Assembly: GCA_009602735.1 (NCBI GenBank)
Contig: WELA01001079.1
Span: forward strand, 124,001-188,000
Source of the DNA: Mesotaenium endlicherianum
Lineage: Eukaryota
DNA length: 64,000 bases
Direction: 5' to 3'
The notes beneath the pieces are model-generated. The model had not been told where the DNA came from and searched no databases. It worked only from the letters and a program-made list of their open reading frames with translations. Each line of letters starts with the position of its first letter. Within the stretch, counting starts at the first letter, position 1. The position numbers and the translations under genes are program-made. Positions 11,701 to 22,200 of this stretch are shown here, one piece after another.

Positions 11701-14700
11701 CAATGCATCTTGGTGCTTGCGTACAGGCAAGGCGAGAAGGCTACAGTTAGAATAAACCCAGCCAGTAAAACTGCCCTTTGATTTGCCAAGATCACAATTG
11801 ACATGTATAAACAAAATGGCAAAGAATAGAGGGCGCGCTTCATCATATTCTGCAAGGGTGGAGCATTGAAGGCCACTCTGCAGATGTCCACATGATGTGC
11901 TACACCATCTGACAAACGAGGAAAACAAAGAAGCCTCAAAACATAGAGACGAAAAAGGTGCCAAGAGGGCAACGAGACAGAGCCTGCAAAAGGACCTTTA
12001 GAATCCATGTTGGGACCCACGGGGTTGCGCTTGGAGCCAAATAGAGGCTCCCTGGCATCACCATCATCGGTTGATAAGAATGACTCCACGTTGCCGTCAT
12101 CCAGAGAGCTCTCATCACCAAACCTCTCAACCTCGCTCTGCCAAGCAAAAAAGACATCAGTCCCGCAAGGCCGTAGAAGTAGAGGTGGCCGAAACTCACA
12201 AGACGAAGCTGACCTAGAGGCCTTTGCTGCAACCTAATGATCAAGAATTGCCCCACTTAAATTGGAGTACATAGCAAATCATAGATTTATTGACGAGCTT
12301 ACACCATCAAGCCACTCTTTGCCGAACTCTGGCTGGCTACAACAGCTCCACACGACTCAAGAGCTACATTGAAGGCATAAGGCACAGAAATTATTTTTTT
12401 TAGAGTACCAGCTGATTGACGCAGTTGAGAGCAGCAGCAGCTGTGTCTCCAAACACGAGGCTATGCTTGCCCATGTTGACAGTGTGATGCAGGCCTCCCA
12501 CAATGCCCATGGCCGTCACATCGCTCCCAGGCACCGCACCAAGCGGGTTCGCAGGGTTGGAACTGGGGGATGGCCCAGTTTTGGCAGTATCATTGCTGTT
12601 TGCCGGGCCAGACGAGGAAGCTGGCTGCTTCCGCTTACGCCCATTGCCCTTGCCTGCCTGCCCCTTCTGCCAAACCCATTGTAAGCCACAGCAAGGTCTT
12701 AGTAGCAAAAGCGGGGAGTCTTCTTTAGCAGCAAAACATAGTAGGTCTGCAGAGCAAAGCTATGCCTGGGCCAAATTAAGAGAACTGAACCAACCCACCC
12801 CATGCATGTGGTCAAAACACATTCTCATTGCTGCCATGAACTGAAAAAGCTTATACACCAGGCACGCAAATAATACGCTTGTATGAGCTCAAACACAAAA
12901 CTCCTGTGGTATCAAAATGACCACTCGCAGAATGCACGCTCAAAAGGTATGGTTGGCCGGCCTTGTCGTTACCTTAGGAGTACCTGTGCTGGTAGCACTG
13001 GGGCTGGGCTCAAGAGATCCAAAAATGCACCCTTGCTCGCCTCGACTAACGCTGTCTCCATCTCCACCTGGTGAGTGCTGCTGGGCAGTATGCTGACTGG
13101 CCTGTGCCCCCCCTCCCACCTGACCAGACACGGCTTGTTGTACAGGAGGCGTAACCAGCCTAGAAGTTTGCCCAGAATTGGAACCTAGGTGAGCAGTGGC
13201 CTGCTGACGCTGCACTTGTAAGCTCTGCAAAAGACCATGAGAGTGTACACGTCAGTGGCCCCCACAAAATGATAGGTCCGGAAGTTCGGTGGTAGTGCTG
13301 CTCCACGTGCCAGAGGACAGCACATAGACCAATTAACCCCAAGAAGCTGACTGCTTGGCTAGCATTCACATATGTACGGAGGACCCTAGAATGCACACAC
13401 CTCAACATATTTGCGTGAAGGGCACGAGCACACGCCTCCAGTGACCTCAAATTGAGACAGGAACTTTGAACATAATCAACTGCAACATGACGAAACAATT
13501 TAGCACACATGAGTTACAATATACCAAGAGGCCATCCTAACGTACTTCCAATGCTACCACGGTTGGAGTGCTTCAAAATGCCTGAAACAAGGAAGCATAC
13601 CTTGAGAAAGATGTCTGTGTCTGGAGGAGTTCTTCCCAAGGAGCTCAAAGCCTGGAGAGATGCGGGGGAGCCCACGCAATCACTTCCTACAACTCCAATT
13701 GTGCCATCAATTTTACCCTCTGGCCCTAAGCCCTTGTTGCTCAGTAGTTGCTCCAGCTTTCCGGCATCAAGGCCTGCTGGCACAGACAATCAGCACCATA
13801 ATGCCTGATGAAAAAGGGTGGGGGCAGAAATTGAACAACTGAGCAAAGACAGGAAGAGGGCATCAGGCAAGCAGAGTCATGATGTGTGCTAGGAAAGCAC
13901 CCGGCAATTGCTGCTGAAGTTGTTGCTGCTGCTGCGCCGCTCTTGCCTGGGCACTCCTCAGAAACTGCTGCTGCTGGGCATGAGACAGCATGTTGAACTG
14001 GTTCAGCTGGTGCTGGTCTTGGAAGATGCGCGACTTGAGCCCCCCCCCCGGGGTTGACCGCTGTTGCTGCTCCAAGGACTATGCTTGCAGCAAACCCATT
14101 TGCAACACACACCAGGCACAAGGGTGTCATACAATGCCATGCCAGCAGATTATTACAAACAAGACACTTACCTCCATGATTGATTAGACGATTTCAGTGC
14201 AAAGCTGTAAGCAGTTCAAAACATTGGCAAAAAAGGAAGCAGACAAGTGAATACAGCCTACAGTATAAATCGACAAGCTTCAGACATTACATAGAAAAAT
14301 GGGCAAAAGCCTGAGTCCAACTACAAAGTCTGGCACTCACGGAAGTGGACGGCCATTTGAGGGGCTGGATACTGCTGTTGCCCTGGCTAAGACCTGCAGC
14401 AGCGTGTGCACGCAATTGCACACCCTCTCTTTCACTTAGAGCACGGACAACCTTTTTAACGCCGGCCTGGACTTTGCGTTTGATGAAGGGGGCATGAACC
14501 GTAAAAACAGTGTCCCAATAATACATGAACTCCATAAGTCATGAAAGCAGGCTATGATGCAACTGTTGCCACAAATTAAGCAACGTTGATTGTAAGAAAC
14601 TGTGCTGGTGTGCTATTTATTCCCTATTGAATAAGGTGTGAATTCTGATTCAACATTAACAGAGCATTATGTCATCCACATACGGAGGCTACGGGCCCAT

Positions 14701-16093
14701 TCACAGCACTCACTGTGATTCAAAAAAGCTCCAGTCTTGTTGTGGATACCCTGCAGGGACACAAAGTGTAGCTCTTTCAATGGTTAAACATTAGGCAAGG
14801 GCTGAGACATGTTCAGGCAGACGTGCAGCTACCATTTAGAAAAACTATGCACGCCCACTCGTCCTAGAAGACGCAGAACTAACAAGTGCTCAATTGAGTG
14901 CTGTAGACCCTTGTCAGGTGCTGTAGACCAGCTTGCCCTACAGTCTTAGCCACCTCACATGTCACATCCTGATATTGCGTAAGTGAAGACTCTAAGTGAG
15001 ACACCATACTTGTGAAATTCCAGGAGAAGAAAGAAGCTGCTGGGATCTGGAAGGAGAAAGAGCAGCAGCTGCAGCTCCACCTCCGGGGCTGCCTGGCCCA
15101 GATGCTAGAAGCTGCCTGTTCCCTTCGCGAACAGTATACACCTCGTGAGGAAAGCACTGATGGTCGTCGCAGACTTCAACACAAAACTTTATTAACCCAT
15201 ACAGTTAGCAGCAGCAGCAGAACTAAGAAGCAGCATACCCAAGTTCTTTTGTGACCAACATATCTATGCAATACTTCCACGGCTCCATGAGAATGTGGAC
15301 ACAGTCTGATGTACCATGTTACCACAGAATTAAGGAACTCACACAAAAGCATGGTTGCAGCACAAGAGGATGCCACTGGAGAACAATACCACCACCTTTC
15401 TTGAGCGTCAACAAGGATATAATTGTGAACATGCTGTATGTGAGGTCAATCTGCTTCAAGCTGCCCCGAGTAAGAGCTACAGCTGTCTTTGCCTAATGAC
15501 ATAAAATGCAGAACAAAGACTGAAAGGGAAGACACATACAAAATGCAAGTGATTGTCCTGTAGAGTGCAAGAGATTGAATAACATGTGCCACAGTATTGG
15601 GTCAATCTGCACCCCTGTCAAGCTTGGTTGCAAGACCACCAACCTCTGCACAATTCCAACCCAGGAAGGAAGTGTATTAGGTCCTGCACTGGTGACACGA
15701 GCACACAAGCATGCATCTCTCTCAGAGCTGATCTTGGTATTGTCTGCACTACATTCGATAACGCTATGTAAGTTCTTCTTTGGCACCCAAGCCAGCCTTA
15801 CTTGGTCGCACTTTAGCCATGACACTGTGAAGCGGGGAGATACCAAACCCTGTCATCCACCTTCTTTGTCACCTCAGATTCTATTGTTCTTGAACAATGG
15901 CGGGGCCTGTACCTTCAGGGCCGACTCGTCCAAATTTGGCCCCTGTGCCTTTAACTGCTCCTCATAGAGCTTATTGGCGAGCACTTTTGTGGCAGTCTGG
16001 CGCAGCAAACTGTCTGGGAGCCCATTGGAGGCCCCAGTCAAAGAAAGGTGGTTTCCATCTCTCCTAAGGAGTTGTTGCATGCGAAAGAGTTGC

Positions 16094-16125
<32 letters not shown>

Positions 16126-17635
16126 ACGTTGCTGCTGCTGAAGCTGCTGCTGTTGCTGCTGCTGGTCTCTAGCTTTTGCTTGTTGCGTCTGCACACCCGC
16201 CTTATAGACAAGTGTGGTTGTATATGTGCGCAGTCCGCACTGCATGGGAGAAACATGACTGGACAAGACAAAGCAGGAAGCTTGACCGAGATGTAAGATT
16301 GGAACAAAAGGGAGGTGCCTACTCAGCAAACGTTTGCAATATTCAAATCACAAGCAAGCGCAAGCACGACGTGCTCCCTGGGACTATAACCGAAGGCCCC
16401 CACCCCAATATACACAACCACGCTCTTGTAGCACTTTTCTTACACTAAGCACAGGCCATACTGCAAAGATAGCAATCCACGAAGCATAACTTCTACGATA
16501 ATTGCCGTTTCAAGGATGTCACCTCAATGTAAGAAGCTGCCACGTCTGAATGCTTTTCATTTGTGCGAGCAATAAAGATGTCCCAAAATACCGACCACCA
16601 CTCGAACAGAAACCCACCAGGAGCATTTATAGCTGCACTGCAAAAAACATCCTCAAGCAATACTGAGATATGCATTAAAATCATATCTACCTTCCAGATG
16701 AAATGCTAATGACTACATGCGAAAGAATAACCTGTACAGTGCACCATGTCTGTGGCAATCTTGCAGCATGTGGCAACAGTGCTGATAAAGAACCAAATTG
16801 AAGAAAGACGAGTCATGGGTGATGCAGAAATCCCAAGAGACTCTTCTTTCAGGGTACTTAAGAAATAATGAAACCCTTCTTTCGTTACACTATAGCCAAC
16901 GCCCCCTCCAGATGCAGATCAATCTACTTGCAGGTTTTATGCACTCCACATGCGCCACGAAAATTACAGTCACTGGTGCTGTAGTTCGAGCCTTGCAGCT
17001 GCGGGTGGTTTGTGAAACATGGTTGAATCTTCTGTTTTTAACATCGACAATCAGATTTCAAACAACCTAGCCTTAAACCTAGAGCCATGACGGGTCTTCA
17101 GAAAGCTGGAAACATATTGAAACTCAAATGCCTCTCTCCAGCCTCCATTTCCAACTACCTGCGCAGTAATTGTAATTGCTGGCTTGACGGCATTCCTGCG
17201 TAATCCACGGGGGACGCTACTCAGACTAGCGGGAGACGCGTATTGACACTTACCAACCGGATCAGACGACACCTTAGCTTCAGCCAAAAACGAATTTGCC
17301 GACTGAGTCAATTTCCTCTTGCAAAGATAGTCGTATATGTACACATCAAGCCTGCCACAAAGACAACGAGGTCTGAGATCGTGCATCGTCCTCGTGAAGC
17401 ACGGTAGTATGTGACGGCATCCATGTCATTACAGGGTAGGACCAAACAATGAGGGGCTACTACGCTCGAAAAATAACAAACTAAACTGGAGCCTCAGCAT
17501 GATGCCGCATCGTGAACCAGTTTTCAGGCGTCGGTATGAGGGACGCAGCGACAGCTTGCAGGGGACACTTTTGGGAAGGAAAAAGAGAAAGAAGAATGGC
17601 TACATTTTATCTGCCTCCCAGTTGTTCTGCGCCAT
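8796..17635 (-). CDS. LUG: LEUNIG/LEUNIG_HOMOLOG-family transcriptional corepressor (LisH/LUFS, Q-rich, WD40 repeats)
   Basis: Phase-compatible GT-AG exons: 17604-17635 ([10 protein letters not shown]), 17254-17351 (LDVYIYDYL...SSDPV), 16523-16632 ([37 protein letters not shown]), 15913-16188 (poly-Q, LANKLYEE), an unresolved exon in 15116-15912, then 15010-15115, 14714-14750, 14341-14393, 13901-14078, 13601-13773, 12973-13224, 12409-12666 ([16 protein letters not shown]), 11996-12137 ([11 protein letters not shown]). WD40 exons: 11531-11640, 10990-11151, 10494-10655, 10069-10185, 9434-9640, 8796-8939 ([13 protein letters not shown]). LUG versus LUH orthology cannot be decided here. Confidence 0.95.
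16088..16163 (-). repeat. CAG/CAA trinucleotide repeat encoding the LEUNIG poly-Q tract
   Basis: (CTG/TTG)n on the plus strand inside exon 15913-16188. Confidence 0.9.
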
Positions 17636-17869
17636 CAGGACTCTGTAGTGAAGTAGAAAGCAAAGTAACACCAACTATTCAATCTACTCATGCACTATCG
17701 TCGTGCTAGCATCGAGCCTCGCGGGAGTTGAGTGCCCGCCTTTTGTGCCCGAGTCTCTGTTGGACCCGAGTCCCAAGTGAAATGTCGAGACGTTCTTGTC
17801 GGCAGTCACCACGTTCGATTCAAATGAAGACTTGAAATGTGTCCAAGACACGTTTCAAATCAAGATTTG

Positions 17870-17994
17870 TGACATATGCGCATCTGATATCCCAAATAAA
17901 TACATAACATACTCTATATAAATATAAGAAAATATTATATGAAGAATAGGCTTGTGATTAGAATAGGAGTAGGAAGTAGTACAAATGCAGTGAA
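17870..17994 (-). repeat. PAT-like split direct repeat B2 (3' terminus)
   Basis: Near-identical to 18412-18539 (GACATATGCGCATC.GATATCCCAAATA...GTAGTACAAATGCA.TGAA). Confidence 0.9.
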
Positions 17995-18194
17995 CTCTCG
18001 CGCCTTTAATCCTATGCCAATATTATATCTAAGCTGATGATAGCAATATTAATTTGTATTCGAAGCCCTATCCTATATCCACGTCGACATCCTATGTCCT
18101 ATCCATTGAAGCATCCATGCTTATTATCTTCCTTATACTTATACTATATACAATAAGGCTTTGTTCTCCTCTTCTCCCGGGTGGGCTGGGAAGG

Positions 18195-18539
18195 GTTCTA
18201 TCTACACTTGCACGAACTTCTTCGTCACTGCAATGAATGGTGAGTATTGTCTTCGAGGATAATAATGTGTGCGAAGTTCTTTGACTTTCACTTTCGATGG
18301 TTCGTTAAGATATTTATTTTGGCGAGTTATCATAATCATGTGACACTTGTCTGATTGCTTATGTCACAAATCTAGTTTTGCGCCAAGTACTTGTCGCAAA
18401 ACTTCTATTTGCGACATATGCGCATCAGATATCCCAAATACATACATAACATATTAAATATAGATATAAGAAAATATACTATGAAGAATAGGTTTGTGAT
18501 TTGAATAGGAGGAGTAGGACGTAGTACAAATGCAATGAA
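18195..18539 (-). repeat. PAT-like internal B1-A2 junction repeats
   Basis: 18195-18411 is a 217-bp direct copy of 29064-29280 and directly abuts 18412-18539, the copy of 17870-17994. Confidence 0.9.
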
Positions 18540-18699
18540 GAAGCACACAAAGGCTGTAGCGTGTGTATGTAAAGTAGCCCAAAATTCCAGTTCACTTTTT
18601 TCTTTTCCTAAATGCATCAGAAATTTGAGCCTGTGAGTAAGGAGCGATGTGCGGCGTATCAGGGATTGCTATTATGTTCCCCGCTGCCTCCACCTTGGA

Positions 18700-19214
18700 A
18701 TCCAACACCACCACATATTTTTCCTTGGCACTTTCACTCTTTCATCCTTCCATCAACTCGAATCTCCTGTCCGGCACTCCAAAATTTGCGGCTGCAGGAA
18801 CTGCACCTTTTCCAAGCGAGTGTGTTCCAAACTCTGCGAGACTCAAACCTACTGAAGCTAATAATTCTCCACACCATTTTCTGAGTGTAGTGTATGCAAG
18901 TGGCTTACCCGACAGGCTGCCTGTCTTGGTAAAGGATTGTATGAGATATCCCGGCTCAGTGTAGCCCGGGATTTCGTGCACTAGCCTGCTAAACATGTCT
19001 ATGGGGCACCAACGTTGCCCAGTAGCATGCAAAACCGCATACCTCTCTAATGACTGCTGATCGTTCTTAGCGTGTGGAATGAAACACTCGATGGAGGAAA
19101 TCCTCTCCTCACCGACTATATTTAATTGCTCTAATTTGACTTGAATAATCTCTGAAAATCTGAACATTTCGTGGTACATGAAGAGTAACACCGCAGCTCT
19201 CATTAGATCATAAT
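18700..19214 (-). pseudogene. Tyrosine recombinase, catalytic half (PAT-like element)
   Basis: FRFSEI (first Arg), KNDQ, RWCPI, GTHSLGKG (HxxR with R to G), G*KSESAKEKY (W to stop, then catalytic Tyr). Joins in frame to 25325-25740 after removing the Gypsy insertion (ANHYDLMRAA). Confidence 0.9.
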
Positions 19215-22200
19215 TGTAAGGTCATAGGTTTATAAAGTGTGTTTTTGAGTTTCATGAAAGTATGTTTTGATTCCATAGAAGTGTACATTGCATTTTCTGT
19301 GGTCATTTTGATATAAAGTTCATCGAAATTTGGTTAAGTATTGAGAGAGTTACGAATTTCTGAAGTTTAATTAGTTTTGAGGTCGATTGACGACTGTCAT
19401 TAATTCGCGGTGAGCGCGACCGTCGGATTGACCGACAGCGTCGAGCGATCTGGCCCGTTAGGATGAACTCGAACCTTCACGTAAGTTCGGCTGACGCGGA
19501 GTGCCGACTAGGTCGATTTACCTAGAAGTTTCGGATTAGCCTAGCGCGTCTAAGATAGAATAATCTAGTAATGTCGATGCATGTATGTGGACGTCCATTC
19601 GGCCCCACACGTCAGATTAGACCGATCTGGCTTACTCACGAATAATCTGGAAGGGACGATTTGACGAACACTAAGGAAAATCCGTAGCTTCCTCCTAGAG
19701 AGGAGCACTCAGGCAGAAAATTATAAGTAGGCATAACTTCTTTGTTTCTTATCAGTTTTCACTTCTGTAAATTTCTACGGGTTTGTAATGTCAAGGCTTA
19801 TCATTCTAGTTCATTTGTGAGCTGTTTCTTGCTACTCAAAATGTTGAGTAATTTTTCCTAAGCTTTGTTAGTGATATGCCGCTGCACTCTCTTGCATGAT
19901 TGCAACTAGTTCCTTTCCTCGTGAGTTACTACGCTTCCACTAGCGCACTCTGCCCCTTTCATCTGGTACCGGAGTTGGGCTAGTTTGCATATTATATTAT
20001 GGAGTCGCAGTCGGCAACTGGAGGAGGCGAACATGTCGAGCATGTTGAGCGCGCGGGGCAGCAGGCAGCACCAACGATGACCAGAGAGCAACAAGAAATG
20101 CAGGCCATGCTGAGGCAAATGGCGAATGCTATTGGAGGAGAAGTCTACACCAGGTTCCAACAAAAAATGCGCACGGAGGTGGAGAGAATGGTGCGAGTTG
20201 TTATGGGGAACGCCGCTTCGACGAGTTCGGCACCTGCACCTGTTGTGCCATCGATTCCTGTTAACCCAGTGGTGCAACCACTTATTCCACCCGCATCAGG
20301 AGTGCGTGCGCCTAAGCCTGAAGTGTATATTGGAGAGCGTTGATCTCCGCCTGTTCATCAATGGATTTTTGGAGTGAAGAAGTTTATGGAGTATTCTGCG
20401 CTCACACCCGAGAGGCAAGTCGCCTTTGTCACAACTTTGCTGCAGAAGAGTGCTGGAGCTTGGTATGAGCGACAAGAGCAACTTTCTGGAGTTCCTGCTA
20501 CTGTTGATCAGCTCTTTGAAGGCTTGAAGAGGCAATTTCAACCTATTGCACCCGAGGCTACCGCTCGAGACCTGTTGGTGCGCCTTCGTCAACGAGGAAG
20601 CGTTCAACAATATGTATCGCGCTTCAACGAGCTGGTGCTTCAATATCCATCCATGCACGAGTCGGAGGTGATGGACAAGATTAAGAGGGGACTCAAGCCA
20701 ACTGTGGCCAAGGATGTGGCGCTCAAGGACCCTATCAGTCTTCGAGAAATGATGGCATTGGCGACAAGGGTCGACGCTGTGGAGTATAGTCAGAGGCAGT
20801 GGTGCAACCACAACTTTGGATCTCAAGTGCCAAGCACGAGTGGACAAGGTCCAGTACCTATGGAGTTGGGACTTGTGCAGTACCAGCGTAGGCAGCAGAA
20901 TTTCAAGCTGAGAGGACCCTGCTATAATTGCGGCAAGCTTGGACATCTGGCCCGAGACTGTTATGTGAAGGCGAAGCAACCTTAACAGCAGGAAAAAGGA
21001 GGACGCCAGTAAGTCGTTCTGGGGTGTCTACTGGCGTGAAGACAAGAACTCACAAGGAGGTTATCCCCAGGAGCCTGCCGAGAAGCAAAAGACGAGATGT
21101 TGACAAGCCTATGATCGTGGAAAGAGTAGTCGACGGCAACAAGGCGAAGTGTATGGTCGACAGTGGCGCAAGTGCAAACTTTGTGCACAAGGAGCTGGTG
21201 AAAGAGTGGCGAATCCCTGTGCAGAAGAATTATGAGCCCATGGAGGCAATTTTGGCGAACGGGCAAAGACACAAGTGTGGTGCACCTACGGAGGCTATTC
21301 ACGTGGAAGTAGCGGGGCACCAGAGTCAGGAAGTTATGGAGCAGGCAGAGTTGGGTCACCATGAGGTGATATTGGGCCGACCATGGCTAAGAAAAGCCAA
21401 CCCTCAAGTGCACTGGAGCACAGGACAAGTGAAAGTCCAAGGGCGTGATGGTCGAATGGAGACAGCGAAACAGGTGGAGGTAGATACGACCACAAGTAAC
21501 TGTCTTCTGTCGAGCCTGCAAGTTAAGAAGCTATGCAGGGCGAATCAGGTGAAAGAGATGTACCTTGTTTTGGTGGCCCTGGCCAGGTCATCAGATGGAG
21601 CAAGCGTGAATCCTAACAGCCTGGGCGAATGTAGATCGCCGGAGGAACAAGTTGTGGTGTCTGATCCCCTTGCTCAGAAGGAGCAGAGCCCAACTGCTCA
21701 AGAGAAGAAGCCTGCTGAGATGCCTGCCCAAATTAAGGTGCTGTTGGAGGAGTTCAAGAGCGCATTTCCTGAGGAGCTACCTACAGGATTACCTCCACAG
21801 AGAGCTATGGAGCACAAGATCGAGTTGGAACCAGGGAGCAAGCCACCAGTGAGACCCGCCTATCGTCAATCGTTTGCGGAGTTGGATGAGTTGAAGAACC
21901 AGCTGACAGAGTTGTTGGAGAAGGGATTCATTTGACCCTGCGAGTCTCCATTTGCAGCGCCAGTCTTATTTGTGAAGAAGAAGGATGGGACTATGAGGAT
22001 GTGTGTCAACTACCAGGCGCTGAACAAGGTCACCATCAAGAACAGGTACCCACTTTCACGAGTGGACGAGTTAATTGACAGGTTTGTCGGGGCGAAGTGT
22101 TTCTCGAAGATTTGAGGAGTGGCTATCACCAGGTACGTATTGCGGAAAGAGACGTTCAGAAGACTGCTTTCTGAACTCGCTATGGTTTGTTCGAGTTCAC

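Noticed and set aside
16048..16296. Poly-Leu ORF resembling a membrane protein
   Set aside because: It is the antisense reading of the LEUNIG CAG/poly-Q exon.
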